64,000 bases of DNA from Candidatus Thorarchaeota archaeon (GTDB taxonomy: Archaea > Asgardarchaeota > Thorarchaeia > Thorarchaeales > Thorarchaeaceae): assembly GCA_020348985.1 (NCBI GenBank), contig CP070761.1, positions 1,273,747 through 1,337,746 on the forward strand. The letters are read 5' to 3'. Each line of letters starts with the position of its first letter. The first letter of the stretch is position 1. The notes beneath the pieces were generated by a model. The model did not search any database and was not told the DNA's origin. It worked only from the letters and a program-made list of their open reading frames with translations. The position numbers and the translations under genes were made by a program. Below are positions 30,731 to 40,161 of the stretch, piece after piece.

Positions 30731-32074
30731 TTGGTTCTTGAAGGACTCGGCAAATCCTTGCACTCGGCTTTGAAGAGACTCTTTGGTGCGAGTGTAATCG
30801 ATGAAGAGCTTGTGAAGGAGCTAGTAAAGGACATTCAAAGAGCGCTCTTGGTTGCTGATGTTGACGTCAATCTCGTGATGGCGATCACTGAGCGTGTTCA
30901 AGAGCAATCTCTAGATGAGACGCTGCCGAGGGGTGTTTCTCGCAGGGAGCATATTGTCAAGGTGGTCTGGGACACACTTGCGTACTTCCTAGGAGAGAAG
31001 ACAGTTCCACTGACAATCAATCCGGGACAGCCCAATCTAGTAATGTTGGTAGGAATCCAAGGCTCCGGAAAGACAACCACTGTCGGCAAACTCGCAAGGT
31101 ACTATCAGAAGCGAGGAATTAAGGCTGGAGTCATATGTGCTGACAACTTCCGTCCGGGAGCCTACAGTCAGCTGAAACAGCTCGCTGAGAGGTCTAATGT
31201 ACCATTCTTTGGTGATGAAGATGAGAAGGACGCTGTTAAGCTCGCAAAGAAAGGCTTCAAGGATATGCGGGAGAGAGGAATAGAGCTAATTCTCCTTGAC
31301 ACTTCTGGTCGACATCGTGAGGAAGTAGGGCTGATCAAGGAGATGCGGGATATTGCAAAGGCGGTAAAACCACACGAGATTATTCTGGTAGTTGATGGCA
31401 CCCTGGGCCAACAAGCCGGAGCTCAAGCAAGTGCATTCAACAGGGCTACCGATGTTGGGTCCATAATCGTCACAAAGCTGGATGGCAGCGCAAAAGGTGG
31501 TGGAGCGCTCTCAGCAGTTGCCGCAACTCAAGCCCCAATCAAATTCATCGGTACTGGTGAGGGGTTAGACGCAATAGAACCATTCAATCCGACCAAGTTC
31601 GCCGGCAGACTACTAGGAATGTCAGACATCAGGGGCCTAATTGACAAAGTAAGAGAAGCTCAGATTGAGATTGATGACGATGCGGCTCGTCGCTTAATGA
31701 AAGGTCAATTTACGTTGACCGACATGATGGCCCAATTGAAACAGCTCAAGAAGATGGGGCCAATTGGAAAGGTCATGGAAATGCTTGGGCTACAGTACAA
31801 ATTGCCTGATGACATGGCCGAAATCCAAGAGGAGAATTTGAAGCGCTTCGAAGTCATCATGAATTCAATGACAAGATCAGAGCTAGATAACCCCAAGATA
31901 ATCAAATCGTCCAGAATCAAGCGTATAGCTTCTGGGTCAGGTACCTCTGTCAGAGACGTTCGAGACCTTCTGAAGCAGCATGAACAGATGAAGCGAATGA
32001 TGAAGCAGTTCGGCAAGTCCAGAAGACGTGGCAGGGGAGGCATACCGGGAATCCCCGGGTTGCCGGGAATGTGA
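30731..32074 (+). CDS. srp54: Signal recognition particle 54 kDa protein
   Basis: GIQGSGKTT, DTSGR, TKLD, Met-rich M domain. Confidence 0.97.
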   Translation: MVLEGLGKSLHSALKRLFGASVIDEELVKELVKDIQRALLVADVDVNLVMAITERVQEQSLDETLPRGVSRREHIVKVVWDTLAYFLGEKTVPLTINPGQPNLVMLVGIQGSGKTTTVGKLARYYQKRGIKAGVICADNFRPGAYSQLKQLAERSNVPFFGDEDEKDAVKLAKKGFKDMRERGIELILLDTSGRHREEVGLIKEMRDIAKAVKPHEIILVVDGTLGQQAGAQASAFNRATDVGSIIVTKLDGSAKGGGALSAVAATQAPIKFIGTGEGLDAIEPFNPTKFAGRLLGMSDIRGLIDKVREAQIEIDDDAARRLMKGQFTLTDMMAQLKQLKKMGPIGKVMEMLGLQYKLPDDMAEIQEENLKRFEVIMNSMTRSELDNPKIIKSSRIKRIASGSGTSVRDVRDLLKQHEQMKRMMKQFGKSRRRGRGGIPGIPGLPGM

Positions 32075-32101
32075 GTTCTCACTCTAGTGTGAGGAGAAGA
32101 C

Positions 32102-32689
32102 ATGACAATCAGACGCTTTCTCGTCTGCTTCAATGACTTTTCAATTGATGAGGCGCATGTGAAGTCCGGAAGAAACCTGCCCAATGTGGTGGTATCATGT
32201 CGGTGCGTGAATGTAGGGCTCTTCCTGTCGGGCGATATGAGGCGGGATGTGGAAGTCAGCATAGCAGCAGGGTCGCCCTCTGGCATGACTGTCTTCTCCT
32301 TCCCCGGTAGAACGCTAAGACGTGTGTCTCCTGACGAGCGATCAATATCCTTCTTTTTGTGGAAAGCAAACATGATAGCAGAAAACCTCCGTCATGGCGA
32401 AGAGTCTGTACTTCCTAATGGAATCATAGTCCGTAAATCAGACCTAGAAACGTTGATGGCACAATGGAATCCAGAGAAAGTCTATCTTTCCACAAGAGAT
32501 GATTCAAAGGTCGTGAAATCCGGGAAGATCCATCACTATGGCCTTTTCATCTACGATCAGGGAGGTTGGGGCCTATCTGAAGTACCCGTCCTAAAGCAAG
32601 CTGTGAAGCTTCATGGTTCACATTCTCCCGAACGCTTCATTCTTGAAGTGAATCTGGATGCGGATTATGCTCGCAAAGAACCGGTGTAG
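32102..32689 (+). CDS. TrmY-like SPOUT protein (divergent C-terminus)
   Basis: CRCVN.GLFLS..MRRDV, PDERS; follows srp54 as trmY often does. Confidence 0.7.
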   Translation: MTIRRFLVCFNDFSIDEAHVKSGRNLPNVVVSCRCVNVGLFLSGDMRRDVEVSIAAGSPSGMTVFSFPGRTLRRVSPDERSISFFLWKANMIAENLRHGEESVLPNGIIVRKSDLETLMAQWNPEKVYLSTRDDSKVVKSGKIHHYGLFIYDQGGWGLSEVPVLKQAVKLHGSHSPERFILEVNLDADYARKEPV

Positions 32690-32756
32690 ATTGACAAGGT
32701 TCATAATGACTTCAATCGAGAAGAAAGTGACACTAACATCTCTAGAGTGAATCCAC

Positions 32757-33932
32757 TTGCCGACCAACGTTTCTCCCGAGTTTGACAGGCAAAGACAAGT
32801 CTATGAAGATACTGAAGATATGGCACAGAGGATAGTAGAGCTTGAGAAGCTACTTTCTCTTGCGCCCAGACATAAGGGTGCTGAGAGAATGGTTGGGGAC
32901 TATAGAAAGAAGCTCGCTGTGCTCAAGGCCAAATTGGAAAAGAAAGAGGAACAAGAACGCGCGCGGCGCAGGGGCGGTTCCGAAGAAGGTGTCATCAGAA
33001 AAGAAGGCGCAGGACAAATCTGCCTCGTCGGAGTGACGAACAGCGGCAAATCATCTTTGATAAACGCCGTTACAAATGCGGACTTCGCTGTGGGAGAATA
33101 TCCGTTTACCACGACCATTCCTACACCTGCGATGATGACGCTTGAAGATATTAACATACAACTAGTCGAGCTCCCAGGCATCTTTGAAGGAAGCCATGAA
33201 GCAGGCATAGGAAGACAGGCGCTTTCAGTGGCGCGGAATACTGATTGCATAGCAATCATTGTCGATCTTTCCAAAGACATAGAATCACAAATGTCAGTCA
33301 TCCTTTCAGAACTTGACGCAGCACGAATTCGTCTTAATCGTGAGAAGACTGCTGTCAGAATAGAAAGAGTCGGTCTAGGCGGATTGCAGGTGTTTGGAAT
33401 ACAGAACTTCGAGGGGAGTAAGGAAGAGGTCCTTGAATACTTGAAGGCTCGGAAGGTTAGCAATATCATTGTTCGATTCCAGAAACCTGCCACATTTCAA
33501 CAGCTTGCAGATGCTATGGACGCCAGTGTTGCGTACGTGCGGGCAATGATTGTTGCAACGAAAGGCGATACGAATGGGTCAATGGAAAGGTTCGAGGAAC
33601 TAGAATCTAGATACGGTGGCCGGTTTGACATAGTTCCCACATCAGTGGCACGAAACGAGAATCTTGACGGGATGAGTTGGGCCCTGTACAATCATCTAGA
33701 CATCCTTAGGGTCTACACGAAGATTCCTGGGAAGAAGAAAGAGGACAGGCCTATTGTCTTGCCTGAAGGTTCTATCGTAGAAGACGCTGCCAGCAAAGTG
33801 CACAAGGAGCTGTTTGTGGAAAGATTTCGTGCGGCCGTCATACTTCGCAAGGATGACAAGATCAAGCGAAGACAGGTTGGGCTTAACTACCCGTTGCAGG
33901 ACGGCGATGTTCTGCAGCTGATGACCAGATAG
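32757..33932 (+). CDS. DRG/OBG-family GTPase with TGS domain
   Basis: MPTN, P.HKG.E, GVTNSGKS, YPFTT, TKGD, RVYTK, L.DGDV. Confidence 0.9.
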   Translation: MPTNVSPEFDRQRQVYEDTEDMAQRIVELEKLLSLAPRHKGAERMVGDYRKKLAVLKAKLEKKEEQERARRRGGSEEGVIRKEGAGQICLVGVTNSGKSSLINAVTNADFAVGEYPFTTTIPTPAMMTLEDINIQLVELPGIFEGSHEAGIGRQALSVARNTDCIAIIVDLSKDIESQMSVILSELDAARIRLNREKTAVRIERVGLGGLQVFGIQNFEGSKEEVLEYLKARKVSNIIVRFQKPATFQQLADAMDASVAYVRAMIVATKGDTNGSMERFEELESRYGGRFDIVPTSVARNENLDGMSWALYNHLDILRVYTKIPGKKKEDRPIVLPEGSIVEDAASKVHKELFVERFRAAVILRKDDKIKRRQVGLNYPLQDGDVLQLMTR

Positions 33933-33964
33933 TTGGTTAATGTGACGCAGTTGAGGTGTCCTAA

Positions 33965-34702
33965 ATGACTGAGTTCCCGAATCTATCTGTCATTTTGGTG
34001 GAACCGGAGAGCCCCGGCAATATTGGATTCACTGCGAGAGTTCTTGCGAATTTCGGTGTCTCTGACCTGAGAATTGTTGGTAAGGATCTCAGGCATGAAC
34101 AGCAAGCTCAGATGTTCTCGGCAAATGCTAAGAACATTCTAGATAGTGCTCTCATTTTCTCGGACCTCAAGACTGCCCTTAACGGTATCGAAATGGCATG
34201 GGCAGCCACTGCAAGAACAGGCAGAAATCACAGTGTAACTAGAGCTGCAGTGCCCCTGGGTGAGCTTCCTGATCCAGCATCACGGGAAGGAAGGGTTGCC
34301 CTTGTCTTTGGCCGGGAATCTGCAGGTCTGACAAATGACGAGATAGAATGTTGCGACCTCATACTTACAATTCCAACCTCAGGGAGCTATAGGAGCATGA
34401 ACTTGAGTCATGCAGTTGCAGTCGTCTTGTATAGTCTGTTTGAAAGATACGCTCCGGAAGAGCCACGGACTCCTACAGAGCCGAGAGCGGCCACTTTCGA
34501 GGAGCGGGAGCAGGCCATAACCTTCTTCGACGAGCTTGTTGACCAGGCAAGAATAAGGGACTTTAGAAGACCGATTGCAAAGCAGGTTTTCCGTAATCTT
34601 GTGGGACGCGCGTATGTCACTGGACGTGAGATTACGACCCTTACCGGCACTATAAGGAAGATAAAGGAGCTAGTTGAAGAGCAGGAACGTGAGCAGGACT
34701 AG
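33965..34702 (+). CDS. trmJ: tRNA 2'-O-methyltransferase, TrmJ family
   Basis: LVEP..PGNIG..AR...NFG, FGRES.GLTN.E, SMNLSHAV. Confidence 0.9.
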   Translation: MTEFPNLSVILVEPESPGNIGFTARVLANFGVSDLRIVGKDLRHEQQAQMFSANAKNILDSALIFSDLKTALNGIEMAWAATARTGRNHSVTRAAVPLGELPDPASREGRVALVFGRESAGLTNDEIECCDLILTIPTSGSYRSMNLSHAVAVVLYSLFERYAPEEPRTPTEPRAATFEEREQAITFFDELVDQARIRDFRRPIAKQVFRNLVGRAYVTGREITTLTGTIRKIKELVEEQEREQD

Positions 34703-35238
34703 GATCCGTACCCCAGCTTGCGTTTCAACTCGGGATCAATCTTGTCGAAGACAACCTTGCAAGGAGTCGGCATTTTTGGGGCCGCCTTCTTCAGAGCCCT
34801 TTGCGCCTCAGCGATGTGCTGTCTGTTGCATCGGATTGTAATTAGAGCTTGATTCGGCTTCACTCTTGCCGCCACACCAATGACCTTGCCCCACGCCTTT
34901 CTCATACCATCCTGCACTCTGTCTGCACCTGCGCCAGAGATCATCTTGTTCTCACGCAGATAGTGATATGGCTTGACACGAATCCTCAGATGGTAGTTTC
35001 GACGTCCTACCGTCTTCGTCATATGCCTGTTAGAGGCTATTCGAGCGGCCTCCAGGGCTTGATGACGGATTTGACATCTCTCAAGACCAACCAACGACAG
35101 CTGAACCTCGAAGTCTCCTCCAGCAGCACCCATGTCAAAGCTGACAATTCTGCTGGCTGGCTGACGGTGTATGTACTTCTTTCTGACAAAAGGAGGTCGG
35201 TCTGCTAATCTGTAGCAGTGTCCTGGACGCTTTCCCAT
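34699..35238 (-). CDS. rpl10e: Ribosomal protein uL16 (L10e)
   Basis: RPGHCYR, ALEAARI, RENKMISGAGADR..DGMR. Confidence 0.97.
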   Translation of the reverse strand: MGKRPGHCYRLADRPPFVRKKYIHRQPASRIVSFDMGAAGGDFEVQLSLVGLERCQIRHQALEAARIASNRHMTKTVGRRNYHLRIRVKPYHYLRENKMISGAGADRVQDGMRKAWGKVIGVAARVKPNQALITIRCNRQHIAEAQRALKKAAPKMPTPCKVVFDKIDPELKRKLGYGS

Positions 35239-35393
35239 GATTATTCCGCCTGAGAATCCTAGATAGTCTGAACTGACCAGATTCATTCGAGAGCCCCGGG
35301 CTTTGAATAAAAGGATTATGGCCTAGCCTGACTTTCTAGACAGCCTGATGCTCTGTATCAGGGTACATGAACATGCATGCAGTGCTTCTCAGG

Positions 35394-36320
35394 CTATGCG
35401 ATTCCTGAGAGAACTAGCAGCGGAAAGATAATTGTGGCATCTCCAATGACAGTCTCGTAGTTCGCCTCAGTCTGAACCTTCTGCCATGAAACTCCTTCCT
35501 CTAGTGGAGCCCCCCCAAGGCTTCCTCCCTCGGGTCTGTCCATCGTTATCTGGACTGCCAAATCCAGACCGCCGCGCAAGATTGTGCTCCCCATTGTGAA
35601 ATGCTTTGTGAGACCTCCGCCCAGCATGAGGGCACCTGTCAGAGTAGTCTCATTGACTATATCACCTAGGATTCGCATATCCTTGACAAAGTCCAGAGAG
35701 ATATTGCGAGAGGTACTGTATGTATAGAGATGGAACCCTAACATAGAGTCCATCATTCCTGGAGAGAAAATCGGGACGTCCATGATGGAAGCCTGCTTCA
35801 AGATTGAAAGCTCATCAGATAGGGTTGAGCCCAGCTCTCTCAAGAACTCACTGGGTGCAAAGGAGGCCATTTGCTCGTCGGGAAGGTCGTCAAGGAACTC
35901 ATAGATTCTCTTCTCAAAGACCTCGAAGTCTTTCTCGCTTACGAAAATGTCTGCGATTCGGCCCATGCCTTGATTCCTCAATTCATGATCGTCCATGTTC
36001 TCTGGTACTCTATGATGTGCGCCGCCATATGCCTCAACGAGATCATGGACAATGTTGGCCCCGCTAGTCACAATTGCATCAATGTAGCCTCTATGAACTA
36101 GATCAGATATAGTGGTTCGAAGTCCTCCGGGAACCATTGGGCCTGAAATTGAGAGAAACGTGAAACATTTGGGATCTTCAAATATTCTGCGCACAATGTT
36201 TGCAGCCCTTCCAAGCCTCCCAGCTCCGAGAACTCCTACACCATTCATTGCCTTAACGAAATCTTGGACAGTCATGGGGCTGCTTGGCACAAAATGCTTT
36301 ACGCGGTCCATTATCGCCAC
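35394..36320 (-). CDS. dys: Deoxyhypusine synthase
   Basis: SGANIVHD, GRIADIF, GGGLTKH, GSLGGA..EEGVSW.K, GDATIIFP. Confidence 0.9.
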   Translation of the reverse strand: MAIMDRVKHFVPSSPMTVQDFVKAMNGVGVLGAGRLGRAANIVRRIFEDPKCFTFLSISGPMVPGGLRTTISDLVHRGYIDAIVTSGANIVHDLVEAYGGAHHRVPENMDDHELRNQGMGRIADIFVSEKDFEVFEKRIYEFLDDLPDEQMASFAPSEFLRELGSTLSDELSILKQASIMDVPIFSPGMMDSMLGFHLYTYSTSRNISLDFVKDMRILGDIVNETTLTGALMLGGGLTKHFTMGSTILRGGLDLAVQITMDRPEGGSLGGAPLEEGVSWQKVQTEANYETVIGDATIIFPLLVLSGIA

Positions 36321-36368
36321 ATGCGACAGGCCTTGTGCATGCGAGATAAGTCATTCCATAGTGAAAAG

Positions 36369-36418
36369 TTGACGCGGGACCGAATCGGTTCCGGGAGGGC
36401 TTGACTCGGCCCGCGTAA
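36369..36418 (+). other. GC-rich three-way-junction RNA-like element
   Basis: ACGCGGG/CCCGCGT outer stem enclosing ACCG-AAT-CGGT and CCGGG-N9-CTCGG; the G-U pair favours the + strand. Confidence 0.45.
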
Positions 36419-36577
36419 TTCAGAATGAATCGAATCAATGTAGGTGTCAATTATGTTGAGGCTTTCTGGTGTTTGAGATCGCTCTCCTAGGATAATCTCG
36501 TTGTGGAGACTTATCCGAAAGTAATGACCAAGCAGTGTAGAGATAGGCTTAAACGGGTCATTCGTGGCGACATTCTC

Positions 36578-37201
36578 ATGCAACAAGCCCCAGTGATGAT
36601 GTACTACATCGTTTTTGGACTAGGACTACTGGTTCAATTCGTTTGGATAGTCATTGGAAGAGGGGCACGCAACTCGTACTTGAGGTCCGTCACTCACTTC
36701 AGTAGACCAAGCTCCACGTTAGGCAGATTCTATACTTGGAGAATTAGTAGGGTATATCATGTCTTGCTGGAGGGGATTGCACTTGACTTGGGCATTCTGG
36801 CTGCAATGGTTGTACTTGTTTTTCCCTCAGTCAGCCTAGTTGAGATCATAGACACATTACCAATACTGGCTCTTGTGCTAGTCCTGACATTCATGAGTGC
36901 CGTTCAGGAGGCGAATCGTATTAGAGCAGTCCTGCGCGCTGAACAACATCTTCTGAGAGACATTAGCTCTGACACGGACAAAGTAGGCAGAGTCGAATTG
37001 ATTGTCGAAAGTCTTCTCTCTCAAGGCAAAATGGCTGATGGAAGTGTCTGGATGGCTCTCTTTAACATTTCACTCGTACAGAATCCAATAGGTTATGCTG
37101 TTCGGGACGTCCTTATGGAGAAGCGGAGTGAGTTTCCTCGAGCTCGCGGACCAGGAAAAGAGCCGTCAGTCAGTCCTGATAATGGCCCAGGAATCACCTA
37201 G
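36578..37201 (+). CDS. Hypothetical membrane protein
   Basis: Long ORF with about 3 hydrophobic segments; start uncertain. Confidence 0.7.
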   Translation: MQQAPVMMYYIVFGLGLLVQFVWIVIGRGARNSYLRSVTHFSRPSSTLGRFYTWRISRVYHVLLEGIALDLGILAAMVVLVFPSVSLVEIIDTLPILALVLVLTFMSAVQEANRIRAVLRAEQHLLRDISSDTDKVGRVELIVESLLSQGKMADGSVWMALFNISLVQNPIGYAVRDVLMEKRSEFPRARGPGKEPSVSPDNGPGIT

Positions 37202-37286
37202 CACATTTCTTCTAGGATTCATTCAGTTATACTTATATGAAGACCCAAGGGCGTCAACCAGAATCCACTGGATTGAGGGACTCCTA

Positions 37287-37571
37287 GTGTCAAAGAAAGA
37301 TGTCTTGAAAGGCCGAAAGGGCGTTGTGACAAGCTATCGCAGAGGCAAGCATCTGCAGAATCCAAACCAGGTCCTCCTAATCTTTGAGGATATCGAGTCT
37401 AGGGCAGAGGCTGCAACACTAGTCGGCAGGAAGGTCAGATGGACGTCTGCTGAAGGTCGCGAGTTCTTGGGCAAAGTGCTTGGAGTCCATGGCAACAGTG
37501 GCGTTGTAAGAGCCAAGTTCAGAACAAACCTGCCGGGTCAGGCTATTGGAACTCCTGTCGTGCTTCAGTGA
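37287..37571 (+). CDS. rpl35ae: Ribosomal protein eL33 (L35Ae)
   Basis: SYRRGKH.Q.PNQ, HGNSGVVRAKF..NLPGQAIG; GTG start. Confidence 0.95.
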   Translation: MSKKDVLKGRKGVVTSYRRGKHLQNPNQVLLIFEDIESRAEAATLVGRKVRWTSAEGREFLGKVLGVHGNSGVVRAKFRTNLPGQAIGTPVVLQ

Positions 37572-37612
37572 TACCTTCATCACTTTTATCAGAAGACTCC
37601 AGCTATTTCAGA

Positions 37613-37686
37613 TGGCTCCAATGATGTTTTTTGGCTATCTGAGGGCAAAGCGCCCAGCGACGAGTCATAGTTAGACTGAGGAGCCA
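37613..37686 (+). ncRNA. Box C/D 2'-O-methylation guide sRNA with two LSU rRNA guides
   Basis: 7-bp terminal stem TGGCTCC/GGAGCCA; C ATGATGT 37621; guide TTTTTGGCTAT; D' CTGA 37639; hairpin GGGC-AAAGC-GCCC; degenerate C' GCGACGA; guide GTCATAGTTAGA; D CTGA 37676; TATA-like CTTTTATC about 25 nt upstream. Confidence 0.88.
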
Positions 37687-37724
37687 CCTCCCGAACAGCC
37701 TCAAATCATGGATAGATTGCTGAA

Positions 37725-38321
37725 ATGATCGAGTTGGTTGCCTATCTACTTGTTTACTTCGGGGCCGGTTTTATGCTGAAGCTAGGAGATGACCTACTCG
37801 ATGAGCTTGATCGACCGGATCTTGCGTGGTATCCATTGGCCGTGTCAGGAATTTTCTTCGGTATACTGATGACAACATCAGAATGGGACCTTGTACTCCT
37901 GACCGCGATTATCATAGGCGTTCTGGCGTCAGGTAAGGTCAACAGAGCTCAGTTTCTGATTGGATTCGCATTTATCGGGTTGGTCTTTGTTCTTAGATTC
38001 ATTATCACAGACTGGACGTTAGTAGTGACCAGTTGGCTTGATTGGATGGCTCTTCTAGTATCACTGTTTCTTGCAGCTGTTCTCGACGAACTGGGAAATG
38101 ACTGGACAAATCCTGAGCTTAACCCAACAGCGTACCTGTTCTTCAAGTATCGATTTAGTCTCAAGTGCTCCGTTCTTCTGCTTGCTATCTTCTGGCCCGC
38201 ATTCCTCTTAGCTGCAATAGGACTGTGGTCATTTGACCTTGGTTATGAAACAACAGGTTGGACTTTAAGAGTCAAAGTCAAGATAGAGCTTGATAGGCAA
38301 GACTACAGCAAACGTCCATGA
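37725..38321 (+). CDS. Hypothetical polytopic membrane protein
   Basis: About 6 TM segments; acidic motifs KLGDD..DE and LDELGND; FDLGYE. Confidence 0.75.
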   Translation: MIELVAYLLVYFGAGFMLKLGDDLLDELDRPDLAWYPLAVSGIFFGILMTTSEWDLVLLTAIIIGVLASGKVNRAQFLIGFAFIGLVFVLRFIITDWTLVVTSWLDWMALLVSLFLAAVLDELGNDWTNPELNPTAYLFFKYRFSLKCSVLLLAIFWPAFLLAAIGLWSFDLGYETTGWTLRVKVKIELDRQDYSKRP

Positions 38322-39285
38322 ATACAGGTTTGAGCCCCTTCTCTCGTGCGAAGTCCACTCCTTCTTGACTGATAAGAGCAATTCCGTTTGCCCCCGATCT
38401 GATTGCGTACATGTCAGATTCGACCTTGTGCGGGCCCAGGGGTCTGGCACATCCTAAGAGCAGTGGAACCTTCGGAATTCCGAGCCGTGCGATGGTAATG
38501 ACTCGACCTATATCAATTGGTGCAGGAGGAGTAATGTCTTCCATCGATGTCTTTCTGACAGGACTCAGGGCTATTATGACAACAGCAGTTGGAGACATCC
38601 GGGATACAATATCCAGGGCCTCAACTTCTCCGCAAAGACGACCATGGTCCAGACCCACAAGAATGTGTGGAACTGTTGGCACTTGAGCCGAATGCAGAAT
38701 CTCAAGAGATTGCTCCATTTGCCGTGGTCCGTCGCTGATATGGTAGACCTCCCTCGACACGCGTTCATCGCCAATTACGTCCAACATGGCGGCATCAACC
38801 CCTGCATTTGCGAGGATTCTTGCCGTTTGCACATCAACAAGACCAGTGTGCACGACCACCTGAAGGCCAATGTCTTCCTTGACAATTCTTATTGCCTCTG
38901 CAAATCTGCGGAGAGGTACATGACCCCTTGAATCTGAACCCCCGCTGATTAGAACACCCTCTCCACCTGCACTTGCTATCTCCTGACATCTTTGAACTAG
39001 TGACTCTGGCGTGACCAAGGGTTCCATGCCCTTCAGCAACCGGCCTCCACAGTGCTCACAATTCAGGGAGCATGATTCACCTGTCACGCTGATTGATATG
39101 AAGTTCAGCGAACTACGCTGCTTGTGATCTCGGATGCTATATGGATAGGCTGTAGGACTGTAACAAAGAAGCTCGCTTCCAAATGATTCACGTCTAGCTC
39201 TGAATCCGTCTTCCATCCATTGGTCTAGGTCCTCCAACTTCGAATGAATGATCTGATGACCGTCTGAAAGGATGTCGAAGCTCAA
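38278..39285 (-). CDS. Radical SAM protein, LipS1-type (archaeal lipoyl synthase component)
   Basis: SVTG..CSLNCEHC, LISGG, GCARP and C-terminal CC motif, as described for Thermococcus LipS1. Confidence 0.75.
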   Translation of the reverse strand: MSFDILSDGHQIIHSKLEDLDQWMEDGFRARRESFGSELLCYSPTAYPYSIRDHKQRSSLNFISISVTGESCSLNCEHCGGRLLKGMEPLVTPESLVQRCQEIASAGGEGVLISGGSDSRGHVPLRRFAEAIRIVKEDIGLQVVVHTGLVDVQTARILANAGVDAAMLDVIGDERVSREVYHISDGPRQMEQSLEILHSAQVPTVPHILVGLDHGRLCGEVEALDIVSRMSPTAVVIIALSPVRKTSMEDITPPAPIDIGRVITIARLGIPKVPLLLGCARPLGPHKVESDMYAIRSGANGIALISQEGVDFAREKGLKPVFMDVCCSLAYQALS

Positions 39286-39417
39286 TTTACTGCCTCTGTG
39301 CCCAAACGGAGGACAGGGGCTATTAGCCTTATGATAGAGAAAAGCGACTCGGCCTGTTCTGACAATCCATAAATAGTAGACCATTCAGCAATAGAATCGA
39401 ATGAGGTCTGACTGGGA

Positions 39418-40161
39418 ATGAAAGCTGCAAAGAAAATCTTCGAGAGCGCCCTAGAAGAGGGCAGGACCTTTGTCCTCGAACATGAGGCAAAGGACATCAT
39501 GAAGAGCTATGACATACCGATTCCAAAGTATGAAACTGCAGCAAGCCCAGATGAAGCGGCAGAAAAGTCAAAGAAGATTGGATTTCCAGTTGTCCTGAAG
39601 ATTCTCTCCAAAGATATCCTCCACAAATCTGATGCAGGTGGGGTCAAGCTCAATCTCAAGAATGAAGACGAGGTCAAGACTGCTTTCAGCGAAATCATGG
39701 AAAATGCCAAGGGCTACGGAAAAGAGAAAGGAATAGACGTAGATCTCAGCCGTGGTGTCTTTATCACAGAATTCGTGGAAATGGGTACTGAAGTCATAGT
39801 AGGAGTGACCAAGGACGCACAGTTTGGTCACGCGCTGATGTTTGGACTGGGAGGAATATTTGTAGAGGTACTAAAGGATGTGACATTCAGGCTCATCCCC
39901 TTACGAGAGATAGATGCAAGAGAGATGGTCAGTGAAATCAAGGCTGCTAAGATTCTGGAAGGTGTTCGTGGAGAAAATCCTCGAGACGTTGAAGCTCTGA
40001 TCGATGTCATAATGAAGGTCTCTAAGATGGTTGAGGAGAATCCTGACATCATTGAGCTTGACTGTAACCCGACTTTCATCTACGAAAAAGGTAAAGGCGC
40101 TCTTGTTGTTGATGCTAGGATTCTGATAGAAGGTGAAGATACAGCACAGTCTAGTCACTGA
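39418..40161 (+). CDS. acdB: ADP-forming acyl-CoA synthetase beta subunit (ATP-grasp)
   Basis: GFPVVLKI.S.DI.HKSD.GGV, FGLGGIFVEVLKDV.FR, ELDCNP, VDARI. Confidence 0.92.
   Translation: MKAAKKIFESALEEGRTFVLEHEAKDIMKSYDIPIPKYETAASPDEAAEKSKKIGFPVVLKILSKDILHKSDAGGVKLNLKNEDEVKTAFSEIMENAKGYGKEKGIDVDLSRGVFITEFVEMGTEVIVGVTKDAQFGHALMFGLGGIFVEVLKDVTFRLIPLREIDAREMVSEIKAAKILEGVRGENPRDVEALIDVIMKVSKMVEENPDIIELDCNPTFIYEKGKGALVVDARILIEGEDTAQSSH

Noticed and set aside
31705-33691. Long minus-strand ORFs (222 and 197 aa)
   Set aside because: Antisense to srp54, the trmY-like gene and the DRG GTPase.
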